Source: a virus (taxonomy: Duplodnaviria; Caudoviricetes). From it: a stretch of DNA of 39,088 nt. Both the position numbers and the translations under genes were made by a program. Below, piece by piece: positions 7,857 through 17,947 of the stretch (positions within the stretch are counted from its first letter, which is position 1; each line of letters opens with the position of its first letter). The DNA lies in the IMG/VR virus record IMGVR_UViG_3300009602_000006, positions 1-39,088 of that record; one strand, given 5' to 3'. Under the pieces are notes generated by a model. The model saw only the letters and a program-made list of their open reading frames with translations. It ran no database searches and was not told the DNA's origin.

Positions 7857-9140
7857 ATGGCCAGTACAACTGATGTTATTGAAGCCCTGAAATACACCTA
7901 CGGGGTCGATCAGGTCTTGTACCTTGTCAACCAAGAGGTCGTCTGCTGGAATATGTTCCAGAAGATGAAGAAACCGATGGCTGGCCGAGGGCAGTTCCTG
8001 ATGCCCATCATGGTGAAGAACCCCGGCGCGTGGAGTGGGTTGGCAGAAGGCGGTGCGTTGCCGTCGAATATCGATCCCGACACGACCGAGGCGTCGTTCA
8101 GCCTCCAAGAGTTTGCGGGGCTGTACAATATGTCGTGGAAGCTCATCCAGGACGCGCGGAATTCGAAGTTTGCGTTCCAGACGGCCCTGAAAATGATGGA
8201 AGGGGGCTTCCGTCGGCGCATTCTCAAACTCATCAACGCCGATCTGATCTCGGATGGCCTCGGCAAGCTGGCGATTATGCCAGCAGCAGATAATCAGACC
8301 ACCATTACCGTGGACGCCCTTCCCAGTATCGACCTGGGGATGACCGTCGATCTGATTGATGCTTCTGACAACGATACAGACTTGGCGGCGTCCCGAACCG
8401 TCTCGGCGATTGATGTGCAAAACCGTACCGTGACGATCAGTGGATCGGCACCCAGTGGGACCGCAGCCGGTGATTTCTTCTGTATTGAAAATACGACGAA
8501 ATCCGGGGCGATCTACCACACGGAAGGACTCCTCGGCATCATTGATGATGCCAATCCACCCTCCGGAAACTTCGGGAATATCAACCGGAGCACGGCGGGG
8601 AACGAGTTCTGGGAATCGATCGTGCTTGAGAACAGCGGCACCAATCGGGCACTCACGGAAGACCTGCTCATTCAGTTGGAAGATGCCGTCCGTGAGAAGG
8701 GCGGGGCCAAGCTGAATGCCTATCTCTCCAATCTCGCCATCATCCGGCGCTATCACGAACTCCTGCGAGAAGACACCTTCTTTGCGATGAGTTCTCCGAA
8801 AGCGTTCGATAGCGGGGCTGGAGTGGGTCGTGACGGCGGGGCGCAGCAGAAGGGGACCGACGGTGGCGATGGACGCACCGTCTACCGCTTCAGCGGTAAT
8901 CCGTGGCACGTTGAGCCGTACTTCGCGGCCAATACGATCATCGGGCTCGATACCAAGCACTTCTATATCGGTCACGGCGAGAATGCAGTGCCGCGTCCGG
9001 TCTCGGAGGTGTTCGATGGAACCCCGTTCTTCCGTCAGACCTCCAACGCGACCTTCGAGGTGGCGTGGTACTGGCAGGGACAGTTGCTGAGTGACAACCC
9101 GGCAGCCGGGGCCAAGATCGAAGACGTGGCCGAATCGTAA
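7857..9140 (+). CDS. Major capsid protein (HK97 fold with beta-rich insertion)
   Basis: 427 aa after the scaffold; EGGALP, LISDGLG, GLLGII, GNINRS..EFW, ALTEDLL and NP.AGAKI motifs. Confidence 0.9.
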   Translation: MASTTDVIEALKYTYGVDQVLYLVNQEVVCWNMFQKMKKPMAGRGQFLMPIMVKNPGAWSGLAEGGALPSNIDPDTTEASFSLQEFAGLYNMSWKLIQDARNSKFAFQTALKMMEGGFRRRILKLINADLISDGLGKLAIMPAADNQTTITVDALPSIDLGMTVDLIDASDNDTDLAASRTVSAIDVQNRTVTISGSAPSGTAAGDFFCIENTTKSGAIYHTEGLLGIIDDANPPSGNFGNINRSTAGNEFWESIVLENSGTNRALTEDLLIQLEDAVREKGGAKLNAYLSNLAIIRRYHELLREDTFFAMSSPKAFDSGAGVGRDGGAQQKGTDGGDGRTVYRFSGNPWHVEPYFAANTIIGLDTKHFYIGHGENAVPRPVSEVFDGTPFFRQTSNATFEVAWYWQGQLLSDNPAAGAKIEDVAES

Positions 9141-9153
9141 ACTGAGTAGGTGG

Positions 9154-9173
9154 GGGGAGGGTCACCCCTCCCC
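9154..9173 (+). terminator. GC hairpin after the capsid gene (mRNA stabiliser or weak terminator)
   Basis: GGGGAGGG-TCAC-CCCTCCCC; no U-tract. Confidence 0.4.
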
Positions 9174-9199
9174 TGTCACTTCGCCAGAAAGCAGGGATC

Positions 9200-9601
9200 A
9201 TGGGTATTAAAGCAATCGCCAAACTTGCTCCGGTGCATGTCGTCTATACGATTTCAGCGGGAGAAGCGGCCGATATCGGTATTTTTGTCGCTGATCAGGA
9301 CTATGAAATCATGGATGTGCGTGAATGCCATAGTATTGCTGGAGCGAGCAGTACGACCTTGGATGTAGGTATTGCGGCATCCGGGACGGCACCTGCGAGT
9401 CTCACCACAGCGTTGAGTTCGGCGTTGGCCTTAGACAGCACGGCCAATACGCCGGTTCAATCGACCTTGACCTCAACGCTAGCCAACCGAAAGATGGATA
9501 AGGGCGAACAACTCTCGTTGAATTACACCGGAACGGTCACAGCGTATGAAGGTTCGGTGCATATTGTGCTGAAGCCGATTCGGACGAATACGAGTTACTA
9601 A
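9200..9601 (+). CDS. Probable capsid decoration/cement protein
   Basis: 133 aa, beta-rich, A/T/S-rich, directly after the capsid gene. Confidence 0.6.
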   Translation: MGIKAIAKLAPVHVVYTISAGEAADIGIFVADQDYEIMDVRECHSIAGASSTTLDVGIAASGTAPASLTTALSSALALDSTANTPVQSTLTSTLANRKMDKGEQLSLNYTGTVTAYEGSVHIVLKPIRTNTSY

Positions 9602-9609
9602 GGAGGCAC

Positions 9610-10254
9610 ATGGATCGTTTTCGACCCGTTCGCTATTCACTGGAGGAGAACCAGTTTTTTCTCCAGCATCTCGGGGAATCCCCGGTCGTGGCGCTCCAGG
9701 AGACGCTCCCAGAGGGGGTGAATCCGGTCGCCGTGCAGCAAGTGCTGGGAGAATTTTACGAACTCGACGAGCTGGAGAAGCATCGAGGCATCGCGTGGGC
9801 TGGGATACAGCAAGTCAGCCAGATCATCAAGCGATTCCTTGCTGAATATGCGACGTGGAAGGAGATGTCCACTCGTGGGGCACCACGCTTTCCGACCATG
9901 CACGCCTGGGATGGGAAAGGGCGTCCACACCGAGGCGGCGTCAGTTCCGATTCCGGTGAAGTCTCGACGTATTTTGATGGGAATGGCGATCGGCAACCGC
10001 TCTCGATTCCGTTGCGCGGATCGACGCCGACCGGGTTCACACCTCCGTGGGTGAAGACGCCAGAGCCTATACCGGATCATCTGATAGAAGACATGGAGAA
10101 AGGGCTGCTTCAGTGCCCTGTGGATAGTTGGGCGACGAACTTCAAGCCTGAATCACATCAGTCGCATAACATGGCTCGTGCCCGGATGGCCAAGCACTGC
10201 AAGTCGAGCAAGGACGAGCGCGTGCAAGAATTTGGGCTCAAAGTCTTTGGCTAG
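9610..10254 (+). CDS. Hypothetical protein, possible C-terminal zinc-finger-like motif
   Basis: AAGGAGG RBS; LLQCPVD...RMAKHC. Confidence 0.7.
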   Translation: MDRFRPVRYSLEENQFFLQHLGESPVVALQETLPEGVNPVAVQQVLGEFYELDELEKHRGIAWAGIQQVSQIIKRFLAEYATWKEMSTRGAPRFPTMHAWDGKGRPHRGGVSSDSGEVSTYFDGNGDRQPLSIPLRGSTPTGFTPPWVKTPEPIPDHLIEDMEKGLLQCPVDSWATNFKPESHQSHNMARARMAKHCKSSKDERVQEFGLKVFG

Positions 10255-10256
10255 CG

Positions 10257-10784
10257 ATGCTCGCGCAGCGGGATGATACCTTCTCGGTTCCGGTTCAGCG
10301 GAATACGCCGCCCCCGGTAGAGGAGCGTCTCAACTTCTGGCATCCGAATCGGTTCGGGGTCACAGTTGCGCCGACGCGCTTTCGACAGAAACTGCACGAT
10401 CTGCACCCTGACCTTGAAGCCACCTGGCACCCGACGCGCCAGCGGTGGCTGGTCTGGTATCGACGGCCGCGAATCCAGCATCCGCTCTCTCCCGGCTGGC
10501 TGCTTCTGCTCGTGGTGGAAACCTCCACGAACGAATACGTCCCGCTGGACGATCGGACGCTGGCAGCGGTCTATGAACAGAGCGGCTTCAAGTGGGGATC
10601 GGGGAAGCAATACTGGGCGCGAATTGAGGATGAAGCTCAGCGCGACCATGACAAGCGTGACGCCGACCGTGAGCAGCTCATTGATGATATTGGGAGCGAT
10701 CAGTGGAACCACACGAAGATTCAGGTGAGCCAGTACGGACACTCGTCTGGTAGTAAATTCGTCACCCATCACGCAGGCGACTAG
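10257..10784 (+). CDS. Hypothetical head-module protein
   Basis: Tightly packed Trp-rich 175 aa ORF. Confidence 0.7.
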   Translation: MLAQRDDTFSVPVQRNTPPPVEERLNFWHPNRFGVTVAPTRFRQKLHDLHPDLEATWHPTRQRWLVWYRRPRIQHPLSPGWLLLLVVETSTNEYVPLDDRTLAAVYEQSGFKWGSGKQYWARIEDEAQRDHDKRDADREQLIDDIGSDQWNHTKIQVSQYGHSSGSKFVTHHAGD

Positions 10785-11462
10785 ATGGCAACTGGACAGA
10801 CGATGCTCAACGCGATGGAACTGTTCGATCGCGGAACCCAGGGACAGTCTGGCGAAACCAGTGTCACGATGGCACTCCGGGCGCTCAATGCCGGCCAGGA
10901 TCACCTGGAGTCGATGCTGGCGTTGCAGCCCAACTCGCTGGGGTCCACGGCGGCCACCGTCACGACCACGGCCAATACGGAAGCGACGGACTTCCCGAGT
11001 GGGTTGATTCGTATCGACCGGCTCCAGTTCATCGATCCCAATACCAGTCGCCCGGCATGGGACCTGGAGCGCGTGGGACCGATTGGGGGACACTACGATT
11101 CGGGGAGTGAGTATCCGACGATCCAGTTCGATGCCTCAACGTCTGGGCGTCCGAGGCGGTACTCCACGAACGGGACCAGCATCTATTGGTCACCGCTTCC
11201 TGATGCCACGCATACCGTGCGGTATTACGGACTCAAGGCCGCCGACGATATTACGGCGTCTGGGACCTTTGCGTATACCGACATGGCGGCGATTGCGGTG
11301 GCGCAGTTTGCGGCCGAGATATTCAAGATCGGAAAAGACGATGAGGTCGTCTCGATTGTGCAGGTCGGAATGAAGATTTTTGGTCCGGTCATCCAGGGGA
11401 TGGCCCGCTTTAATCGGGATCGACCGCCGGGCTATGAATATCGGTATGGTCACACAGAATAG
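10785..11462 (+). CDS. Head-to-tail adaptor-like protein
   Basis: ALRALNAGQD helix and G.P..Y...G..IY.SP.PD...TVRYY pattern of podophage adaptors. Confidence 0.7.
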   Translation: MATGQTMLNAMELFDRGTQGQSGETSVTMALRALNAGQDHLESMLALQPNSLGSTAATVTTTANTEATDFPSGLIRIDRLQFIDPNTSRPAWDLERVGPIGGHYDSGSEYPTIQFDASTSGRPRRYSTNGTSIYWSPLPDATHTVRYYGLKAADDITASGTFAYTDMAAIAVAQFAAEIFKIGKDDEVVSIVQVGMKIFGPVIQGMARFNRDRPPGYEYRYGHTE

Positions 11463-11471
11463 GAGTACCTG

Positions 11472-11825
11472 ATGGCGTGGATTCAGGAAGACTTTCAGGA
11501 CGGACGCGACACCCAGCTGATTAAACGCGCCGTGATTGACGGAGCGACGAGTGGGAACAATACGCTGGTCGCCGCTGTGACGGCGAAGAAGATTCGCGTG
11601 CTGGCCATCTTCGTCACCATGACCGGAACGGCCGTGACCATCCGGTTCGAGGACGGGGCCGATGGCACGGCGTTGACTGGACAGATGGGACCGACAGCAG
11701 GGCAGACCATCGTGCTGCCGTTTAATCCCGTGGGCTGGTTTGAAACCTCCGATGCTACGCTGCTGAATATGGAACTTAGCGGAGGCCAGTCGGTTGATGG
11801 GGCACTGGTCTATATCGAGGCATAG
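11472..11825 (+). CDS. Small beta-rich virion protein
   Basis: AGGAG RBS; 117 aa with alternating hydrophobic strands. Confidence 0.65.
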   Translation: MAWIQEDFQDGRDTQLIKRAVIDGATSGNNTLVAAVTAKKIRVLAIFVTMTGTAVTIRFEDGADGTALTGQMGPTAGQTIVLPFNPVGWFETSDATLLNMELSGGQSVDGALVYIEA

Positions 11826-11827
11826 GC

Positions 11828-13999
11828 ATGGCTGATATTGAAGTTGCGAATACTGATTCGGATCTGAGTGGGAATACCCTCGTCACCGAGGAGAACGCCT
11901 ACACCATCACGGGTCTGCATACCTTCAGTCGCAGTACGAATGCGCCGTTTGCCGTGGTCGCCGGGGCGGCGGTGGTCTCCAACCTCGACGCCGATAAACT
12001 CGACGGACAAACCGGTACCTACTACATTGACCCGTCCAATCTGAGTAGTGCGGTGGGGGTCTCCAAGGGTGGCACGGGAGCCACCTCGCTCACCGATGGG
12101 GGAGTTCTCCTCGGGAGTGGCACTTCGGCCGTGACAGCGATGTCTGTCCTCGCTGATAGCGAAATGATTGTCGGCGATGGATCGACGGACCCGGTGGCTG
12201 AAAGTGGTGCGACCTTGCGGACGAGTATTGGGGTGGGCACAGGCGACAGCCCTCAGTTCACCGCCCTTAATCTCGGCCATGCGAGTGATACGACCCTGAC
12301 TCGCGCAAGCTCAGGGAATGTGTCCATTGAGGGGAACGCGATCTACCGCGCCGGGGGCACGGATGTACCCGTCACCGATGGGGGGACTGGCGTGTCCTCG
12401 CTCACCGACGGTGGAGTGTTACTGGGCAGCGGGAGCAGTGCAATTACCCCGATGGCCGTCTTGGCCGACAGCGAGATGATTGTCGGGGATGGCTCGGGCG
12501 ATCCTGTGGCAGAGAGCGGGGCGACCCTTCGGACGAGTGTTGGTGTCGGAACGGGCGATAGTCCGCAATTTACAGGGATTGAATTAGGCCATGCGAGCGA
12601 CACCACCCTGACGAGAGCGAGTGCAGGGAATGTTTCGATTGAGGGCAACGCCATTTACCGGGCTGGCGGGACGGATGTTCCGGTGACCGACGGAGGCACT
12701 GGGGCCTCCTCTCTGACGGATGGTGGTGTGTTGATCGGGAGCGGTACGTCAGCCATCACGGCCACGGCAGTGCTTGGAGATGGGGTCATCCTTATTGGTG
12801 ACGCCTCTGGCGATCCCACAACTCTCGATGTCGGGAGTTCCACGGCGATTACCGTCCTGGGAACGGTGGCGACTGGAACGTGGCAGGCCACTGATGTTGG
12901 TGTGGAGTATGGGGGTACCGGCGCGTCCACGCTTGCATCAGGACGTGTCCTGATTGGCGCCGGAACGTCTGCGATTACGACGACGGGAAATGCTGAAGTC
13001 AACGGCCATCTCAACATTCTGGCTGAAAACGATTTGCGCCTGCAGGACAATACAGGTGGGCAGTATGTCGGCCTCGACGCGCCCACTACCGTCTCAAGTT
13101 CCTATACCCTGACCTTTCCAGCGGCGATCGGCTCCGTGAATCAATTACTTACCATCAATAACACCGATGGCACGCTCCAGTGGGCAACGGCGTCCGAAGG
13201 AAGCCCAGGCGGGAGCGATACGCAGGTCCAGTTCAATGATGGCGGGAGTTTCGGAGGCGACTCAGGGTTGACGTGGGACGACAGTGGAAAAATCCTAAAC
13301 GTGACCTCGACGAGTATCAACGTGTGCAACCTCGTCTCCTCCAACAATACCAGAGGCCCGACTCTCGATTTCTACCACAGCAAGGCGAGCGGTACTGATG
13401 CCACTAGGGTCGCCGAACTTGTTTTCTATTCAAACGACGATGGAGATACAAAGCGTCAATGCAATCGGATCTATTTTTATGTGACTGATTCTAATGAAGC
13501 ACAGATGGATAGTTCGATTACGTTTCTCGTGATGGATGGTGTGAACACTCCAGGACCTGCCGCGACTTCGGGTGTGCTGACACAGTTTGGCGTGTGGACA
13601 GATGCCAGCGATGCGGAAGATAAGACCTGGGGTCCGGTAGCCATCAAGGATCTGTTCGTGACGGACCAGCAGTCGGCGGAGGATATCGAACGCGGGTCTG
13701 ACGGTGGGAGCGTGTGCCAGCGGATTCAGCGAATTCGGGACGGTCGCTATCACAGCGTCAGGTTGCCTGAAGGAAAGACCCCAGTGTGGTTTGGGGGACC
13801 GTCCGCGCAGGATCTCTACACCGAATTTGGACTTGGGTTTAATCCGTTTGTCTTGAAGGACGACGGAACACCCAAGAATCACATCGGCATCTCGCCAAAA
13901 AACCAGGCCGCCATTTCATGGTGGGCCATTCAGGAACTGATTGATGAAAACGCCGCATTGACCAAGCGGATTACAGACCTTGAAGCGTCCAGCGGGTAG
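11828..13999 (+). CDS. Tail fibre with C-terminal intramolecular chaperone (peptidase S74-like)
   Basis: NLDADKLDG, GGTG repeats, PGGSDTQVQFNDGG, cleavage-like ASDAEDK, terminal AIQEL...KRITDLE coiled coil. Confidence 0.85.
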   Translation: MADIEVANTDSDLSGNTLVTEENAYTITGLHTFSRSTNAPFAVVAGAAVVSNLDADKLDGQTGTYYIDPSNLSSAVGVSKGGTGATSLTDGGVLLGSGTSAVTAMSVLADSEMIVGDGSTDPVAESGATLRTSIGVGTGDSPQFTALNLGHASDTTLTRASSGNVSIEGNAIYRAGGTDVPVTDGGTGVSSLTDGGVLLGSGSSAITPMAVLADSEMIVGDGSGDPVAESGATLRTSVGVGTGDSPQFTGIELGHASDTTLTRASAGNVSIEGNAIYRAGGTDVPVTDGGTGASSLTDGGVLIGSGTSAITATAVLGDGVILIGDASGDPTTLDVGSSTAITVLGTVATGTWQATDVGVEYGGTGASTLASGRVLIGAGTSAITTTGNAEVNGHLNILAENDLRLQDNTGGQYVGLDAPTTVSSSYTLTFPAAIGSVNQLLTINNTDGTLQWATASEGSPGGSDTQVQFNDGGSFGGDSGLTWDDSGKILNVTSTSINVCNLVSSNNTRGPTLDFYHSKASGTDATRVAELVFYSNDDGDTKRQCNRIYFYVTDSNEAQMDSSITFLVMDGVNTPGPAATSGVLTQFGVWTDASDAEDKTWGPVAIKDLFVTDQQSAEDIERGSDGGSVCQRIQRIRDGRYHSVRLPEGKTPVWFGGPSAQDLYTEFGLGFNPFVLKDDGTPKNHIGISPKNQAAISWWAIQELIDENAALTKRITDLEASSG
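12068..12820 (+). repeat. Internal 312-bp (104-aa) tandem repeat, about 2.4 copies
   Basis: Units start at 12068, 12380 and 12692; units 1 and 2 share 92/104 residues by hand count. Confidence 0.9.
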
Positions 14000-14048
14000 T
14001 GAGATGTGAGGGTCGATACGCACGCCGAGACGCTGTGTCGAGACGCTG

Positions 14049-14243
14049 ATGACACCTCTGATTCTGGCTATCCAAGAACGGCATCTCATGACCGTTGGGA
14101 CGGCTGCCACTGACGACACCGTCAGTCATGTTCTCAGGCGGCTCCTTTTTGAACCCGATCGGTTTCCCACGCTGCACGAGGCAACAGCGGAGTGGCGAGG
14201 TGCCATTCCAGATGGCCGACCCCTTCTCGGGAGCGGTCGGTGA
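14049..14243 (+). CDS. Hypothetical protein
   Basis: 64 aa; its TGA overlaps the next GTG start. Confidence 0.45.
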   Translation: MTPLILAIQERHLMTVGTAATDDTVSHVLRRLLFEPDRFPTLHEATAEWRGAIPDGRPLLGSGR

Positions 14244-15598
14244 TACGGGCACTGCTCATCCTGGCGGTGGTGGTCGGTTGCACATCGACTCCAGACCTGG
14301 TACTTCCAGAGCCTCCGGTATTTGAGCCTCCGGTTGCGGAGCTAATTCCGGACCCGCCTGTCGTTGTTCCTGAACCTGTTCCGTTTCCTGCTGGCCATGT
14401 CAGGCTCGACGGCAGAGCCTTTGCGGATGACGATGGACCGTTCAATGCCTGGGGCGTGACCCTGATGTGGGGGCTGTGGGCGGCGAAGCACGACCAGCCG
14501 ATGCTGTCAGAAACACTCGACTGGCTAGCTGGCTGGGGCGTGAACTACGTTCGGGTGCTGTCGATGGTGGGCTCGTTACCCTACTGGGAAGGACGAGTCA
14601 TCGATCCCAGGTGGCCGGATTATGGCGAGGTCTTGAATACCCTGCTCGATGCGTGTGCCGAGAGAGGGATGCGCGCGCAGGTCGTGTTGTTCGCAGATGC
14701 CCAGGTGATGATGCCAGACCATGCTGACCGTCGGGCGTGGGTTGAGGTAATGGCTGAGCGGCTGGAAGGCAAGCGAGATGCCGTGCAGTTTGTGGAGGTG
14801 GCAAACGAGTCGAACCTCAACGGGATCGATGACGAGACGCTCCGGGAACTGACGTTACTCTGGGATGAGGTGAGCGAGATTCCCGTCGCGCCATCGAGTC
14901 CAGATGGAGGCAATGCCGAGGAGTCGATCAACCGGCTCTTCGATGGTCGGCTGGTTGGGGCAGACCTTGTCACGCCACATTTCGACAGGCGGACAGATAC
15001 GGTGGAAGCCTTCTACAGACCACAACGACAACCCTGGGAGGCTCAGTTCTACGATCATGTGCTGCCGTTTACGAACAATGAGCCAATCGGACCCGGCTCA
15101 AGTGGAGAGAGCGATGCCGATCCTGCGCGTCTAGCGATTGGGATGGCGGCGACGTTCATCGCTGGCGGGGCCGGATACGTGCTGCACAGCAGCGCAGGCG
15201 TTCGAGGCGTTGAGCAGTATTGGGATGTCGTCCCTGAGTCGGTCATGATGGCACTCAGATCCACGCGAGAGTTACTCCCGGCTGGCATCGCATCGGCGGA
15301 ACGGTGCAATCACCATTGGGACTGCCACCCGTATGAGACAGACGATCAGATTTGGCCTGATACGGGAGGGTCCGGCGTCGTGAGAGCGTTTGCGGCTAAC
15401 ATGGGTGGGAAATCGTATGTCGCGGTGATGGGGATGCGTGAGTCCTACACGGTTGCGGCAAAGTGGCCGATGTCGGTTGAGGTGTTTGATGTGCGGACTG
15501 GTGAGAGAACAGATGTGATTGAGCTAACTGAAGGTCAGGCGTGGACGTTCCATGAAGGTGGGACGAGGGATTATCTCCACCGAATTACGCGCAGGTAG
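14240..15598 (+). CDS. Lipoprotein with clan GH-A (GH5-like) glycoside hydrolase domain
   Basis: GTG start after GGGAG; signal IRALLILAVVVG-C lipobox; Pro-rich linker; GVNYVRV, FVEVANE (acid/base) and TNNEP (nucleophile). Confidence 0.7.
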   Translation: MIRALLILAVVVGCTSTPDLVLPEPPVFEPPVAELIPDPPVVVPEPVPFPAGHVRLDGRAFADDDGPFNAWGVTLMWGLWAAKHDQPMLSETLDWLAGWGVNYVRVLSMVGSLPYWEGRVIDPRWPDYGEVLNTLLDACAERGMRAQVVLFADAQVMMPDHADRRAWVEVMAERLEGKRDAVQFVEVANESNLNGIDDETLRELTLLWDEVSEIPVAPSSPDGGNAEESINRLFDGRLVGADLVTPHFDRRTDTVEAFYRPQRQPWEAQFYDHVLPFTNNEPIGPGSSGESDADPARLAIGMAATFIAGGAGYVLHSSAGVRGVEQYWDVVPESVMMALRSTRELLPAGIASAERCNHHWDCHPYETDDQIWPDTGGSGVVRAFAANMGGKSYVAVMGMRESYTVAAKWPMSVEVFDVRTGERTDVIELTEGQAWTFHEGGTRDYLHRITRR

Positions 15599-15602
15599 TG
15601 TG

Positions 15603-17651
15603 ATGGCATATCCAATGCAGACCCAGGTATTCTCGGTGTTCCTGGGCACCCAGGAGGGGATTCATTCTGTCGCGCTGCCGGCGATTTATTCGTCCAGCGG
15701 CAGCCGGAACCTCTGGATTGATAAGCTCGGACGCGCCAAGAAGATTCTGGGCTATAGCAAGCAAAATAGTTCGGCCGTCACGACCAATACGGGCGGGAGT
15801 GCTACACGTCTGCGGTCACTTCGGGCCTATCGGCAGACTGGCGCGAGTTTTACCCGACAACTACTTGGGGCCTTTGACGACGGCACCAATGAATTTGAAC
15901 TGTGGTACAGCACGAATGATGGAGCGGCGTGGACCTTTATTGCTGATCTCAGCACCGGATCGGTGGGACGGATTCCTGATTTCGCGCAGGTGGACAACAA
16001 CCTGTTCTTTACAGACGGGGTGGTAGCGCCACGAGTCTGGAACGGCTCCTCTCTGGCGACGGCTGGTGCCAGTGGGAAGTCTCCGACCATCACGGCAGTG
16101 GTCAATACGTCGGCTGGACAGCTCAACGGGTCCTATACGTGGAAGATGGTCAGTGTGGACGCAGCAGAAACCCGATCGGCGGGGTCTGTGACCTCTAACG
16201 TGATTCAACTCCAGGATGAACAGGCCAATCTGTCATGGACCGCCGACTCGGATACCGACATCACGGGCTATGAGCTGTATCGCACGACCGGGACCGGTAC
16301 GAACTATTACTTTGTGACGTTCATCGATGGACGCACGACTACCAGCTATACAGACAATGCATCGGATCTGGATATTCTTGAACATCGACTTCTGGAGGAG
16401 CATGGCGATGCCCCAGCGACCGGCACATACTTCTGCGAACCCCACAAGCAGCGACTCTGGTGGGGACGCACCGACACCAATCCTCGGCGTGTCTTTTGGT
16501 CCGATCCAGGGAAGCCCGATCAGGTGGGAGCGAATAACTACCTCGATTTCACTGATCAAAGCTCCGTCGGGGACCTCATTACCGGGATCGTGGGGGACTT
16601 CGAAGGTATGTTGGTCGTGTTCCTTGAACGATCCATCTGGACCGTCAGCGGCACCGGACAGATAGTCTCAGACATCATGGACTGGGTGCGTACCAAGTCC
16701 AATGCGCTTATTGGGGCCGTCTCGCACCGGTCGATTGTCCAGGTACCGGCTGGGGCGGTCTATACCGATGCGTCCGGGAACCAGATTACGACGCCACGGG
16801 TGATGCAGGCATATTTCACACCCATGGGCGATATCCGCCTCTTTGACGGGAATAACGACACCATTATCAGCACTCCGGTCAAGGAAACCCTCAAGACCTT
16901 CCTGTATGCCCAGATCAAGAAGATTCACGCCATACATGACATTGAAAACGGGCATATCGTCTGGTTCTGGCCTGGTCCGACGGCCTCCGGTGATGATGCC
17001 GAATGTAATCAGGCCGTGGTCTGGAACTATCGGTGGGGTGTCTGGTATGTCTGGCCCGATATGCCGATGTCGGCCTCCACGACAGTCGAAACGTCGAGCG
17101 ATACACAGGTGATCCTGACGGGTGAGGCTCAGACCTCGAAAGGCGGCTTCTGCTACCAATTCTTCAATGGGGACAGCTTTGACGGATCGAATATCCCGTC
17201 ACGCTGGATGACGAAGGTGATTTATGGGACCGACAATTCGTGGGATGTTCGGGCTCCGCAGCAGCTCATGGCCTACACGAAGCGGTATCGCTGGCTCGAC
17301 ATCATCGCGGAAGCTAATTCCGATGTCACGCTCACAGTTGAATGGATGTCAGGAGGGGCTTCTGATGAGGCGGTCGGGCGTGGGAGCGCCACAAAGTCGA
17401 TCGAACCCCTGGGGCTCCAGTTGATCACTTCTGATGGGAACGGGATCGATACGTCTGAGAGCAGCAACATCACGGTGCCCTTCGATAGTGTGCAGCGCAT
17501 TATCAACATGGAAAGCAGTACCGGGGACTTCATTCAGGATGTGGGATGTCGGATTCGGATCAGCGACGACGCACAGAATGGGAGCTGGAGTCTCGAAGGG
17601 ATGACGCTGGGCTATCAGGTGTTGCCAGGCGCGACGAGGAGGTTGCAGTAA
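15603..17651 (+). CDS. Tail tube/nozzle (P22 gp10 / T7 gp12-like DNA stabilisation protein)
   Basis: About 680 aa; beta-propeller motifs HKQRLWW, RVFWSDPGKP, GDLITGI, LVVFLERSIW; Ig/FN3-like insert YELYRT...YTD. Confidence 0.75.
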   Translation: MAYPMQTQVFSVFLGTQEGIHSVALPAIYSSSGSRNLWIDKLGRAKKILGYSKQNSSAVTTNTGGSATRLRSLRAYRQTGASFTRQLLGAFDDGTNEFELWYSTNDGAAWTFIADLSTGSVGRIPDFAQVDNNLFFTDGVVAPRVWNGSSLATAGASGKSPTITAVVNTSAGQLNGSYTWKMVSVDAAETRSAGSVTSNVIQLQDEQANLSWTADSDTDITGYELYRTTGTGTNYYFVTFIDGRTTTSYTDNASDLDILEHRLLEEHGDAPATGTYFCEPHKQRLWWGRTDTNPRRVFWSDPGKPDQVGANNYLDFTDQSSVGDLITGIVGDFEGMLVVFLERSIWTVSGTGQIVSDIMDWVRTKSNALIGAVSHRSIVQVPAGAVYTDASGNQITTPRVMQAYFTPMGDIRLFDGNNDTIISTPVKETLKTFLYAQIKKIHAIHDIENGHIVWFWPGPTASGDDAECNQAVVWNYRWGVWYVWPDMPMSASTTVETSSDTQVILTGEAQTSKGGFCYQFFNGDSFDGSNIPSRWMTKVIYGTDNSWDVRAPQQLMAYTKRYRWLDIIAEANSDVTLTVEWMSGGASDEAVGRGSATKSIEPLGLQLITSDGNGIDTSESSNITVPFDSVQRIINMESSTGDFIQDVGCRIRISDDAQNGSWSLEGMTLGYQVLPGATRRLQ

Positions 17652-17854
17652 TGGCGGAACAATGGATTCAGAAGATGAAGGACGGGTCGAATTTCAAGGC
17701 TGGGGCCTTCTCCGGGCAGGCAAAGCGTGCAGGGAAAAGCACGTCTCAGTTTGCGCGTGATGTGCTGAAACCTGGGTCTGGAGCAACCGCTACCACGAGA
17801 CGGCGTGCTCACCTTGCTCAGACATTCGGGAAACTGCGACGGCGGAAAGCGTAG
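17651..17854 (+). CDS. Small basic phage protein (67 aa)
   Basis: TAATG coupling; WIQK...GAFSGQAKRAG...RRRAHLAQTF. Confidence 0.7.
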   Translation: MAEQWIQKMKDGSNFKAGAFSGQAKRAGKSTSQFARDVLKPGSGATATTRRRAHLAQTFGKLRRRKA

Positions 17855-17947
17855 GATACCTTATTGTGAAGCGGGCGCAACGGTCGCTCCCCTTGGCGGT
17901 GCCCGCATGAGCGAACAGATCCTGCGCGCCTCGGGACTAGAAGGTTA

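Noticed and set aside
11828-13999. Diversity-generating retroelement acting on the tail fibre
   Set aside because: No reverse transcriptase, and the repeat differences are synonymous rather than adenine-specific.
14026-14048. CGAGACGCTG direct repeat, two copies
   Set aside because: Only two 10-bp copies with no supporting context.
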